Positions 26,665 to 36,059 of a stretch of DNA of 61,342 nucleotides are shown here, piece by piece (within the stretch, counting starts at the first letter, position 1; each line of letters starts with the position of its first letter). The notes below the pieces were generated by a model. It was not told the origin of the DNA. It ran no database searches and saw only the letters and a program-made list of their open reading frames with translations. The DNA is from a virus (taxonomy: Duplodnaviria; Caudoviricetes), in the IMG/VR virus record IMGVR_UViG_3300048574_000496, positions 1 through 61,342 of that record, one strand, 5' to 3'. A program made the translations under genes and the position numbers.

Positions 26665-27810
26665 TTACAGCGTGCTGAAAAAATTGATGGCCGCTTGAAC
26701 AGAACGCTCGTCATAGGCGTTCTCAACGATGACTCCATGTAAAGAATGGGAATAGGCGTTGAATTGCGGACCGTATATCGATCCCATCATGGATATGGCA
26801 TACTGGGTTGTCCCTGAATACACCTCAATCCCCTCGACAAACGCTTTGACCGCTTGATCTGCGTGCCGGTACAAAATGGAGATGATGAATAGATTGGAGA
26901 TCCCACCATGCGTTTGCAGTGACGTTCGCGGGATACTGGCCGATGCGGAATTGTCAAAAAGGCGGAAATCAAACCGATCAGCATAGATCAAAACGCCTAA
27001 TGATCTCAACGAACCCGCAAAAAGACAAGCTGCGTAATAGGAAGAATCCGTGTAGACGGGCGCGGTTACATACATGTGAACCGCTTTGTCGCCAATGTCG
27101 GTTACTGGGCTGACTGAAGCAGTGTCATATACAATCTGCGTTGAATAATTGTTGTGACTTGTGCCTGACTTCCTCTTGATCTCCACATACGGCGGAATGG
27201 AGGTTTGACAAACTGTCGGATAAGAGAAGCCGGTTGAGCTTGTCCCGCTCGCGGTCACTTTCAATTGCGCCGCTGTAATGTTGCGTGCCGGCCAGCGGGG
27301 AGTAGTGGTCAACTTGAGGGAGCAGCCGGAATACGGTAAATCCGCCACCACCCACACGGCGGCAGTGCTGAAATCATAAGGGCCTTCGACGGTGCTACCA
27401 CTTGGCCATTCGGTCTCCGTCCATACCGCCGCCATGGTCTGGATGGTGAAGCTCACCGCGTAATCGCTGTAGAGCGTGCCCACGGCCCGGCGCTGGCTGT
27501 AGCCGATGATCCGCAGATAACAGGCGCTATACCCCAGACCGGTCTCCAGCCAGTCGGCGTTAATCCAGTTGAGCCCCATGTTCAGGTCGCGGGACCAGTA
27601 CCGCTTGAACTTGGCCACCTGATCGCCATGGGCCGGGTGATTGTTCCACAGCCGCAGGGTGCAGGTCAGGGTATCGCCGCCTCCCTTGCCCCACCGGCGC
27701 AGTTCCTTGCGGCCGGACTGGGTGATCCGCGCCTTCACATCCGAATTAGGTGTAACGGTCAGCCCGGCACGCAGCGGAGCGGGTAAGGTTACGGGCCAGG
27801 CAACAGCCAT
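26665..27810 (-). CDS. Distal-tail-like N-terminus fused to a divergent C-terminal domain (possible receptor binding)
   Basis: WPVTLPAPL N-terminus, F..W...L..G..W; C-terminal half visibly lower GC. Confidence 0.6.
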   Translation of the reverse strand: MAVAWPVTLPAPLRAGLTVTPNSDVKARITQSGRKELRRWGKGGGDTLTCTLRLWNNHPAHGDQVAKFKRYWSRDLNMGLNWINADWLETGLGYSACYLRIIGYSQRRAVGTLYSDYAVSFTIQTMAAVWTETEWPSGSTVEGPYDFSTAAVWVVADLPYSGCSLKLTTTPRWPARNITAAQLKVTASGTSSTGFSYPTVCQTSIPPYVEIKRKSGTSHNNYSTQIVYDTASVSPVTDIGDKAVHMYVTAPVYTDSSYYAACLFAGSLRSLGVLIYADRFDFRLFDNSASASIPRTSLQTHGGISNLFIISILYRHADQAVKAFVEGIEVYSGTTQYAISMMGSIYGPQFNAYSHSLHGVIVENAYDERSVQAAINFFSTL

Positions 27811-28214
27811 CAGTCTTCCCCGTCCGGGATCCAGTAAGCGATCACGCCGCCGTCAAGCGGCACGCCGGCGATAATCTCAACCCGAATGGTCAGGTCAACC
27901 CGTAACCCGTTCACAGTTGCCTCCCAGGGCGACTCGGCGTCAAACCGGCAGAAATGGTGGCTGTAGCCCGCCGCCGCCAGCCACGGCGCTGAGAATGGAG
28001 CGCACTGGTTCAGCGTCACATCCCACCAGGCGCGGAAAGCCTGGAACTGCGCCACGGTCAACCGCCGAAAGGTGAACGTCTCGGTGTGTTCCGGGTAAGT
28101 CCGGGTCCGCACCGGGAAGAGCGTGGACTCGGGGTCGTTCAAGCCGGCAACCTGCGCCCCCTCAAACTGGTGGTAGGGCGTCTGCGGCAATGTTGAGAGC
28201 CAGGCTTGCATCAA
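27810..28214 (-). CDS. Minor/distal tail protein
   Basis: Directly after TMP; WLSTLPQ...QFQAFRAWW..TL...F. Confidence 0.65.
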   Translation of the reverse strand: MMQAWLSTLPQTPYHQFEGAQVAGLNDPESTLFPVRTRTYPEHTETFTFRRLTVAQFQAFRAWWDVTLNQCAPFSAPWLAAAGYSHHFCRFDAESPWEATVNGLRVDLTIRVEIIAGVPLDGGVIAYWIPDGED

Positions 28215-31200
28215 AACTTCCTCCGGGCACCGTAAAGACTGCCCATGGTTTTGTGCAGGCCCTGGCCCTTGGCCATGCGTTGCGACACCTCGCTCTCGAC
28301 CATCCGCACCAGCACCTTGAACGAACCGTCGTCATTGGCGCTGGTCTCGGTCTCCGCCTTGACGCCGGGGGCCTCGACAATGGTCATGTTGAATTGCGGC
28401 GCTTGGCTCTTGGCGCTCAACCCCTTGCCGATGGTCGCCATCTGGCCCTCGGTCAGCACCGATTCCCCGTCTTCAAGGATCGCCGGGAACTCGTTGCCCT
28501 TCAACCCGGTGTGGAACCGGGGTGCGGCCATGAACGTCGAGAGCGGCACGATGCGCGTGAAGGTCGGCGCATCCACGCCCGGCACGCCGCCGGAGTGATG
28601 TCCGGACACGCTGCCGAAGATGGAGTCGAGGGAGAACTGTTCGCTGGTAGTGCTCCCGGCGGTGGTCAGGTTGATCCCGCCCAATCCCGCCCCGCCAAGC
28701 AACCCCATGATCGACATTTTGAGGTACATCGCGGTCAGATCTTCCAGGATGTCGAACACCACGTTTTCAATCGACTCCCCCAGAGCCTCCCAGGCCTCGG
28801 CAAGAGTGGCGTTGCCCTGGGCCACGTCGCGGACAAACTCCGCCAGGGCGCTGCTGGATTCATCAATGGCGTCCGGCAACAGGTTGCGGTAGAAATCAAG
28901 GGCCTCCTGGTCAACCTCCAGGCGATAATCATTCAGGCCCTGCCGGAAGGCTTCCATCGGATCCAGCAGCCGCAACCGCTGCTGATATTCGGCCAGCTCC
29001 AAAGTGGTCCGAGCGATGGCCTCGGCCTGCGAGTTCCACGCGGTGATCTCCTGGGGCGTGCTCTTCTCCATGTCGGCCAGGAGTTCTTGCTGCAGCCGCA
29101 GCCGTTGCTCCAACAAGTCGATCTGGAAGGGTAACGCCTCATTTTCGGTGAACTGCCCCTGGGCAAGGGCGATCTCGATATCCGTGCCCTGCCGTGTCAA
29201 CTCGCTTTCGGCCGCTGCGCGTTGGGCCTCTTCCATGGCCTTTTTGGCTTCTTCAGCCTCTTTGGCATAGCGGTTGGCCGATTCGGCGGCAGCCTGGTAT
29301 TCATGATTGAGATTGGCCAGGGCAATCTGGTAGCTCTCGGTGCTCTGCGTCGGATCCATCTTGATGAGAGCGGCCAGCCCCTCATTGTACTCACGCTGGG
29401 CAACCTCGAGCGGGAGCAATCGATCAAGGATGGACTGGTATTCCTTTTGCTGCTGCTCGGCCGCCTTGGCCGCCTTTTTCGCGGCCGATTCGGCTGCCTT
29501 GCCTTCGCGCTCGTGGAGTTGGGTCAGTTCTTCCTGGTACTTTTTATCGATCAGACCCCGCTCTTCCACAGTCTTTGCCCCGGCCATGGCAGCGTCCCGC
29601 TCTCGCTTCAGCGCCTGCTCCTGGGTCTCGATGTACTTGAGCGTCTCCTGGCGCATCTTTTCGGTGATGCGCATGGTGCTCTCCGACTGGGTTTGCACAC
29701 CCTGCATGACAAAGTCCTGGCGGCCAAGGGCTGCGGTCACGATGTCGATCTTGCCGGCGGCCTCGCCGGTAACATACGGCGAGCTGATGGCCTCACGTTT
29801 GACCTTCTCCAGCGACTGCAGCTCTGTCTGCTGCTCATGCAGGGAGGCATTCAGCTTGGCAATCGCCTGTTGCTGCGCGTCCGAATATCCGGCCGCGCCT
29901 CGATTGCCCTGAATCCTGGATATTTCAGCCTCGGAGGCCGCTATCTCCCTGTTGAGGTAAACAACCCGCTTGGCCTGCAACTCTTTGGCGGTGATGTTGT
30001 CCAGGGACGTTTGGAACGCCGGAATCCCAACATCGACATTCATGTCAGTTGCGAGAAGGGCGCTCAGTCCTTTCAACGCGGCGGTCACCGCATTGATGCC
30101 GGCGACGGCGGTGTCGGACTCGATCAGGTTCGCCTTCAGATCGGTCCAGGCCTCGGACATCTTGTTGATTGCGCCCTGGGCGCTCTCCAGCCCTGCGGTC
30201 TCAGCCGCTTCGCCATAGGTTGCATGGATGGCGCTTGCCAGTTTGATCAGGTCGGCCGAGAGCACCTCGCCCTTTTCCACCATGGCGATGAACTCTTCGG
30301 TGGACTTGCCCATGCCCTCGGCAAAGAGCCGCAGCGCGCCGGGCAGACTCTCACCCAGCTGCTGGCGCAGATCCTCCATGTTGACCGTGCCCTTGGAAGC
30401 CATCTGCGAGATGGCCATGAACGACAGCTTGATCCGCTCGTTGGACATGCCGAGCACAGCGCCGGCCTCGGATATGGCCGTGAAGATCTTCCTGGTGGCC
30501 TCGCCTTCCAGGATGGTTCCCTGGGTTGAGGCTGAAAGCGTCTTGTAGGAGTCCACCAGTTGGTAGACGTTCTGGCCGGTGCGGTCCGCCGTCTGGCGGA
30601 GAAACTCCATCTGGGCTGCGGCCGCGCTCTGGCTGCCGTAGATGGCCACCAGGGAGCGGTGCAGGGAATCGATCTGCACGGTGACGTCGAGCACGCCCCG
30701 GCCAAAACTGATCAGGGTCTGCAGGCTGAGATAAGCCAGCGCGCCCCTGGCCACCGTGCCCAGCGACAGAAACGAGGTCTCTGCCTTCTTGGTGGAACCG
30801 ACCACGCTCTCGATCTGGGCGCGGCTCAGACCGAACTGGTTGCCAAGCTCGCGGATCTCCTGTTCGGTCAGGTTGCAGGAAGCGGCCAGGTTGCGCAGGG
30901 CCTGTTCCTGCATCTTCTCCGCCGAGGTCTGCTGGAACTTGGCCTGGAGGGCGGCGAACTGGGCGTCGGTCAACTGGGAGTGCCGGCGCAACTCGTCCAA
31001 CTCCGTGCCCAGCCCGTCCAGGGAAGTTTGTGCAATCCGGCCGCCCTGGGAGAGCGCGGTCAGATCCTGGGCCAGACCGGCAACCGAGGCCTCGGCCGTC
31101 TTGCTGAGTCCGTTCTGGGCTGATTGTGACAACGAGACCAGGGTGTTCAGCGCCGGGGCCGCGCCGTGGGCCGCCGTGGTCACCCGGTCGATCTGGCCGG

Positions 31201-31810
31201 CGTTCATGCCCATGGCCTGGCCCAGCTGCTGGATCTCGGCCCGGCTGAGCACCGCAGCCTTGGCAATGGACAGCAGCGAGTTCTCCTGGGCCTTCTCGGC
31301 GGTGGTCTGGGCAAACCGGGCTTGAAGATCAGCAAACGCCTCACTGCTCAGGCCGGTGGCCTGGCGCAGTTCATCCAGCTCTTTGTCCAAAGGGCCAAGC
31401 ACGCCTTCGGTGGTCTTGGCGGCCGAAGAGACGCCCACCAGGCTGCGGGCAAAATCATCGGCTTGGGCGCGGATGCCGGAACCAAAGGCCTCGGCGGCTG
31501 CGGCGGCCAGGGTGCGATGGGAGGCGGCGGCGCTGCGGTCCAGCTCGACCAGGCGCTTGGCGTAGAGCGCATAGGCGGTTTCTTTGTCGCCGGTCAGCTG
31601 GGCAAACTCGGCCGCGTCCGCGCCGTACTGCAGCCGCATCTGGCCGTAGACGTCGGCGGTCGAAGCGCCGATCAGGGCAAAGGCCTGCTGGTAGGCTTCG
31701 GCCACCGCCGAGCCGGAACGCCTGGCCTGTTGATGCAGCCGCTCCAGTTCGGCCCCGGCTTCATTTTTTGCCTCAACAATGAGGCGCAGCTTCATGTCCT
31801 TGTCACTCAT
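28211..31810 (-). CDS. Prophage tape measure protein (1199 aa)
   Basis: AISQMASKGTVNMEDLRQQLGESLPGA; coiled-coil body; C-terminal HSGG...APRFHTG...EFPAILEDGESVLT. Confidence 0.93.
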   Translation of the reverse strand: MSDKDMKLRLIVEAKNEAGAELERLHQQARRSGSAVAEAYQQAFALIGASTADVYGQMRLQYGADAAEFAQLTGDKETAYALYAKRLVELDRSAAASHRTLAAAAAEAFGSGIRAQADDFARSLVGVSSAAKTTEGVLGPLDKELDELRQATGLSSEAFADLQARFAQTTAEKAQENSLLSIAKAAVLSRAEIQQLGQAMGMNAGQIDRVTTAAHGAAPALNTLVSLSQSAQNGLSKTAEASVAGLAQDLTALSQGGRIAQTSLDGLGTELDELRRHSQLTDAQFAALQAKFQQTSAEKMQEQALRNLAASCNLTEQEIRELGNQFGLSRAQIESVVGSTKKAETSFLSLGTVARGALAYLSLQTLISFGRGVLDVTVQIDSLHRSLVAIYGSQSAAAAQMEFLRQTADRTGQNVYQLVDSYKTLSASTQGTILEGEATRKIFTAISEAGAVLGMSNERIKLSFMAISQMASKGTVNMEDLRQQLGESLPGALRLFAEGMGKSTEEFIAMVEKGEVLSADLIKLASAIHATYGEAAETAGLESAQGAINKMSEAWTDLKANLIESDTAVAGINAVTAALKGLSALLATDMNVDVGIPAFQTSLDNITAKELQAKRVVYLNREIAASEAEISRIQGNRGAAGYSDAQQQAIAKLNASLHEQQTELQSLEKVKREAISSPYVTGEAAGKIDIVTAALGRQDFVMQGVQTQSESTMRITEKMRQETLKYIETQEQALKRERDAAMAGAKTVEERGLIDKKYQEELTQLHEREGKAAESAAKKAAKAAEQQQKEYQSILDRLLPLEVAQREYNEGLAALIKMDPTQSTESYQIALANLNHEYQAAAESANRYAKEAEEAKKAMEEAQRAAAESELTRQGTDIEIALAQGQFTENEALPFQIDLLEQRLRLQQELLADMEKSTPQEITAWNSQAEAIARTTLELAEYQQRLRLLDPMEAFRQGLNDYRLEVDQEALDFYRNLLPDAIDESSSALAEFVRDVAQGNATLAEAWEALGESIENVVFDILEDLTAMYLKMSIMGLLGGAGLGGINLTTAGSTTSEQFSLDSIFGSVSGHHSGGVPGVDAPTFTRIVPLSTFMAAPRFHTGLKGNEFPAILEDGESVLTEGQMATIGKGLSAKSQAPQFNMTIVEAPGVKAETETSANDDGSFKVLVRMVESEVSQRMAKGQGLHKTMGSLYGARRKF

Positions 31811-32156
31811 GGTTCAGCACTCTGATGGAACCCCGGTCGCAGTTGGCGCAGTCGTCTTCGCCCAGGTCGCGGCAGACCTGGCAGTAGGCCTCGTGGGGAT
31901 CGGGCTTGTCCGCGCAGCCCAGAAAATGGAGCACCGCTTCCCGGAACAACAGGTCGCGGCGCTTGTAACGCACATAGGGCCGGACATCGCTTACGGTGTA
32001 GCCCCAGAGGATGGCGTCTCGCCGGGTGATGTCGCCTCCGGCAAGGAGCAGGACGGTGTCGTCGATCCAGCCGCCCCGATCCGCGTCATCACGAACATTC
32101 CCCGCAGCCTGCCCAGGAGTCTCGCGATGATCGCCGCCGGGGTTAAGACGAAAAAA
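31803..32156 (-). CDS. -1 programmed frameshift extension of the prophage tail chaperone
   Basis: T-TTT-TTC heptamer at 32156-32150; -1 frame open to 31803 with LAGGDITRRDAI and CxxC..CxxC. Confidence 0.7.
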   Translation of the reverse strand, partial: FFRLNPGGDHRETPGQAAGNVRDDADRGGWIDDTVLLLAGGDITRRDAILWGYTVSDVRPYVRYKRRDLLFREAVLHFLGCADKPDPHEAYCQVCRDLGEDDCANCDRGSIRVLNHE

Positions 32157-32440
32157 TCGTCAATCACCTTGTCCGCCGTGACAATGTCCAGATGCTCGGC
32201 GAACTCGATTTCCAGAGCTTCCAGATCCTTGTCTTTATGGGCCACGCCCTCGGGCTGGAGAATCACCGCCGCGCAGCGGGCCAGGTTGTCGCCGATCAGC
32301 CCGGCCACCTGGCCCACCCCGGCTCCGGCCGGGATGTTCACTCCCTGCAGGGCCTCGGTCAGCTGTTTGATCTGCCCCAGCACCAGGGTGCGCTGGGTGT
32401 AGGTCTTGTCGTTGATGGTGTAGATGGTGTTGGTAGCCAT
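31991..32440 (-). CDS. Tail assembly chaperone
   Basis: Between tail tube and TMP; contains the slippery site at DDFF. Confidence 0.75.
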   Translation of the reverse strand: MATNTIYTINDKTYTQRTLVLGQIKQLTEALQGVNIPAGAGVGQVAGLIGDNLARCAAVILQPEGVAHKDKDLEALEIEFAEHLDIVTADKVIDDFFVLTPAAIIARLLGRLRGMFVMTRIGAAGSTTPSCSLPEATSPGETPSSGATP

Positions 32441-32443
32441 GGC

Positions 32444-33412
32444 TTATTCGATGGTGGCGGTGGGGCTTTTGAGGGTGATCTGCAGGGCGCTGGCGCCCGC
32501 ATCGTTGCCGTAGTAGCCAACAAAAGGCAGCTCCACGACAATGCCCTTGGGGCCGCTGATCGGCGGCGCCTTGGGGGTGAAGGTCAGCTCCGGGATCAGA
32601 AACTCCAGGCTCTCGTTGCCCAGGGTCCCTATTCCCGAGCCGCGTTTGAAGATCAGCTTCAGGCTCGACTCGGTGTCGTTGATCGCCTTGGTGTACAGCG
32701 CCAGGCTGGTGAACCGGGCCTTGAGCGTGCCGGTCACTGCCACTGTTCCCTCGGGAATGTCGGCGCGCTTGCCCTGCCCACCGAGCAAATACTGATCGCC
32801 GTCGAGATCGTTACTGATCTCCAGGTCCACGCTGGTGACGTCGGCAATGGCTTCCCCGCCTTCCTCAATCGTGGCCAGGGCAAAGCCGTCAAACGGCGCG
32901 TAGGTGAGATCCGTAGGCGAAGCGTCAAAGGCGGCGGAAGACGTCGTCTCTTGGGCGCCCATGATGGTAAACGTCATCTTCTGCGCCCCGGACGGGGTAA
33001 AGCTCACCTTCATCGAGCCCACCTTGCAGCCGAGGTAGCCGAAGTACTGGTTGATGTCGAGGAAGCCCTTCTCAATCAGAAACGAGGGCAACTCGTCGCC
33101 CACGGTGAACAGATGGGTGTAGGGCGCCGTGCTGCCGCTGGTGGTCACTTCGCCCAGCAGCCCCAGAAGCAGCAGGCCGTTATAGGCCTGCATGGTGGCG
33201 ACCAGGTCGCCGCTGACGTCGTCGGCTCCGCGCATGGCCTTGGTGGGGTTGCGGTTGCCGCGCAGGGTGTCGTCTTGCTCCTGGCCACGGCTTAGCGCCA
33301 ACGAGCAGGAAGAGTAATAGAGCAACTGCACGTTCGGGGCGCCGGGAGGCGTGCCGTAGGTGGTTTCTTGCTGGATGGTGACCTGGCTGCGCGAGCCTTT
33401 GGCCTGTGCCAT
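32444..33412 (-). CDS. Major tail tube protein
   Basis: QETTYGT.P, LPSFLIEKGF, YLGCKV, VTGTLKARF; no sheath gene present. Confidence 0.85.
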   Translation of the reverse strand: MAQAKGSRSQVTIQQETTYGTPPGAPNVQLLYYSSCSLALSRGQEQDDTLRGNRNPTKAMRGADDVSGDLVATMQAYNGLLLLGLLGEVTTSGSTAPYTHLFTVGDELPSFLIEKGFLDINQYFGYLGCKVGSMKVSFTPSGAQKMTFTIMGAQETTSSAAFDASPTDLTYAPFDGFALATIEEGGEAIADVTSVDLEISNDLDGDQYLLGGQGKRADIPEGTVAVTGTLKARFTSLALYTKAINDTESSLKLIFKRGSGIGTLGNESLEFLIPELTFTPKAPPISGPKGIVVELPFVGYYGNDAGASALQITLKSPTATIE

Positions 33413-33415
33413 GAT

Positions 33416-33832
33416 TTAATCCTCCGTATCGAGATAGAAGTCGGCGCCGTAGACCAGCACGCCGTTCTTGCTTTTGAGAAACTCAACCGCCTGCGGCCAC
33501 AGGTGGTCATTGCCGATCACCAGACCGGTCAAGGCCGCCTGAACCGCGTCGATCAGTTCCAGGGCTTCCTGGTTGGCGCCGGCAACGTTCCTGCCCGAGA
33601 CCGCGATCAGCACCGTCCAGATCTGCCGGGTGGGAACCGGCTGCACAGCCGCGCCCAGGGTCTCCTGTTCGCCGAAGCCTGTGCCGGCATAGAGCACATG
33701 CAGGGCCGGCCGGGGCGAGGTGTCGCGGAACAGGGCATCCAGGTCGCCGGCGAACGGCTCCACCGTCCGCACCCCGGCCACGGTTTGCAGTTGGTCGACC
33801 ATAGCTGTCCGCACGGTTAAAAGGCTCATCAC
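33416..33832 (-). CDS. Mu gp37-like tail terminator
   Basis: Position after gp36; PALHVLYAG, LIDAVQAALTG. Confidence 0.7.
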   Translation of the reverse strand: MMSLLTVRTAMVDQLQTVAGVRTVEPFAGDLDALFRDTSPRPALHVLYAGTGFGEQETLGAAVQPVPTRQIWTVLIAVSGRNVAGANQEALELIDAVQAALTGLVIGNDHLWPQAVEFLKSKNGVLVYGADFYLDTED

Positions 33833-34263
33833 ATCCCCTTTAACGAATCGCGGGTGAACAACCGCTCATTGCCGATGAACATGGCTCCGGAACTGGATGT
33901 GCCGCTGGTGTCCGCCTCGGCCACGCCGGGGAGGTGGGCATCTTTGGCCGCGATCCGGGCCAGGAGCGCACGGGCATTCTTGGCCGCCGTCTTCACCGCC
34001 TCAGGCATGTCCAGATCCGGACGCCGGCCATACAAAATCTCTACCGAGAGATCCAGCGACAACCGCTGCAGCAGCGCCGACGCCGGGTCCACCGGCACCG
34101 GGTAGCGACCGGCCAGGTAGCTGTCAATCTCGGTGTCGGCGTCAGCGATGGCCCGGTCGACCGGGTCTTCGTTGACCAGGCCGGTATGCTGATCGTCCGT
34201 CAGGTCAATGATTACTTGCTCCGGCATCCGCTGCTGCAGTGTGGTCAGGTCGCTGTAGGCCAT
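33829..34263 (-). CDS. Mu gp36-like head-tail connector (DUF1320)
   Basis: AIADADTEIDSYLAGRYPVP. Confidence 0.85.
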   Translation of the reverse strand: MAYSDLTTLQQRMPEQVIIDLTDDQHTGLVNEDPVDRAIADADTEIDSYLAGRYPVPVDPASALLQRLSLDLSVEILYGRRPDLDMPEAVKTAAKNARALLARIAAKDAHLPGVAEADTSGTSSSGAMFIGNERLFTRDSLKGM

Positions 34264-34266
34264 GGC

Positions 34267-34578
34267 TTACGCCAGCTCCTTGCGCCGGGCTTCGATGGCG
34301 TCGAGCACTTGTTTGCGGGTTTCGCCCTCGGCTAGCAGCTGATCCAGCCCTTCATTGCCGGCCTGCTTGACCAAAGCGATCACGTCTGCCGCCGACGAGG
34401 GTTTGTTGGTCAGCTCCGCCTCTGCCTCTTCTGCCTCCAGCACCACGAGCATCGGCTCTTCGTGCAAGGCTTTAATCTGCTCGGGCGTAAAGAATCCGTC
34501 CGGATAGTCGGTTGGGGAGGCTGGATGGGCCACGCCGCAACGGCGGAAGCCCTCTTTTTTGCTGGTGATGATGATCAT
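34267..34578 (-). CDS. Mu-like gp35 / HI1506-related protein
   Basis: ITSKKEGFRRCGVAH...FT.EQ..AL..EPMLVV. Confidence 0.8.
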   Translation of the reverse strand: MIIITSKKEGFRRCGVAHPASPTDYPDGFFTPEQIKALHEEPMLVVLEAEEAEAELTNKPSSAADVIALVKQAGNEGLDQLLAEGETRKQVLDAIEARRKELA

Positions 34579-34647
34579 GGAACGACTCCTTTCAGCAGGT
34601 GGGCCGGTGGCCCACCCTACGGTTCAATGGTTACGGCTCCCGCCTGA

Positions 34648-35541
34648 TTAGACCAGCCAGGGCACGACCAGCAGGTCAGTGGCCTTGTAGTTGGTGTTGC
34701 TGGCGCCGCTGGCCAAAAACTCGGCCGCAACAATTTTCTTAGCAGCAGCCGAGTTGGATGGCCCCACCACCAGCAGGTTGGGACTGATGCCCAGTGGATC
34801 GCCATAATCCTTTCTGAAGGCGCCCATGGCGGCCACAGCTGCCTCGAAGTTGGTAGCGTCGAGGGTGGCCTTGGAGCCGTAGGCCATCTGCCAGAAACCA
34901 AAGCCCACGTTGCGGCGGCAGTCGACCCCGTAGACAAATCGGCTCTGCATGAACACGTTCTGATCCTTCTCTTGGTTGAGCATAACGAAGTTGGGCGCCT
35001 TGCGATCTTGGAAGATGATCGGTTTCAGCGGCCGCTTGGTATCGAGCAGATACCAGGGGTTTCCGGCGCCGGACTGGTAATTGCTCACCGAGGTGGCCGC
35101 GCCTGCGGCATCGAGCACCGGGTGATCGGTATCGAAAAAGTACTGGCCGTCGTAGCAGGGGGTGGCGAAGCCGGCGGCCAGCAGGGCATAGACCAGCGAA
35201 TCCGGATGCACCGAGGCCTCGTAGCCAAGAGACTCCATCATCGGTGTATAGATGCCGTACTGGTCATCGTCGAACTTGTCTCGCTCCACAGCCACGGTCA
35301 GTTCGAACTTTTTGTTTTTGATGGTGTAGCTGGATTGGCTGAGGTTGTGGATGGTGCGATCCCCTACCCACTCACGCATGCCGGGGATGGACCCCAGCCA
35401 ACCGTAATCCTCGATAGAGGTGGACGATGGCACGGTGGTGGCGATTTTTCCGTAGGTGGGCTGCACGCCGGCAAAGCCACGCTGGAAAGAGGCCTTGAAG
35501 CCACGGTTGGCAATGGCCATATTGTCTGCATTGATGATCAT
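34648..35541 (-). CDS. Mu-like major capsid protein gpT
   Basis: YGWLG.IPGMREWVGDR, CYDGQYFFDTDHP, KPIIFQDRK, GFGFWQMAYGS. Confidence 0.93.
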   Translation of the reverse strand: MIINADNMAIANRGFKASFQRGFAGVQPTYGKIATTVPSSTSIEDYGWLGSIPGMREWVGDRTIHNLSQSSYTIKNKKFELTVAVERDKFDDDQYGIYTPMMESLGYEASVHPDSLVYALLAAGFATPCYDGQYFFDTDHPVLDAAGAATSVSNYQSGAGNPWYLLDTKRPLKPIIFQDRKAPNFVMLNQEKDQNVFMQSRFVYGVDCRRNVGFGFWQMAYGSKATLDATNFEAAVAAMGAFRKDYGDPLGISPNLLVVGPSNSAAAKKIVAAEFLASGASNTNYKATDLLVVPWLV

Positions 35542-35577
35542 GGGATGTCTCCTTAAATATCAGTGTTGGGTGGGCAA

Positions 35578-35985
35578 TCAGCGCATATCGACCCAGACGC
35601 CGCTGGTATCGACATCGTGGATCTTGCCGGCCACTGACCGCGTTGAGCTGCCGCTGGTCAGGGCCACGGTCTGATCGTCGACGATGTAGCAATCGGCGCC
35701 GATGTTGGCGGTGGTGATGGCATCGGTTGATGTGGAGTTGCCGAAGCGGAAGATGCCCTTGTCGATCTCCACACTGACTGCACCGGCGGCGCTGCCATTG
35801 GTGACCTTCTCGCAAGCCCGGCCAACACCGCGCAGAGTGGTGGCGGTGGCGCCAGGTGTGGCGCGGCCGTTGGCGTCGCGGGCGACCAGTGCCCCGGCAT
35901 AGATGGTGACCGACGCGGCAACCGCCAGCACGAGTTTGTTGCCGCTACGCTCCTTGGTGTCTCTGTCTGCAGTGAGTGCTGCCAT
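35578..35985 (-). CDS. Capsid decoration/cement-like protein
   Basis: Between protease and capsid; ALTADRDT, IYAGALV, CYIVDDQTVA. Confidence 0.7.
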   Translation of the reverse strand: MAALTADRDTKERSGNKLVLAVAASVTIYAGALVARDANGRATPGATATTLRGVGRACEKVTNGSAAGAVSVEIDKGIFRFGNSTSTDAITTANIGADCYIVDDQTVALTSGSSTRSVAGKIHDVDTSGVWVDMR

Positions 35986-36059
35986 GAGTGTGTCTCCTCT
36001 TTAGGTTGTTTAGTCTGTAGGTGTTTAGGTTGTTCGCTCAACCGCTAAACGGCTACCCG

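Noticed and set aside
21736-27810. Diversity-generating retroelement or invertible tail cassette
   Set aside because: No reverse transcriptase or invertase gene; the repeats are in-frame protein domains, not an adenine-specific TR/VR pair as far as I can see.
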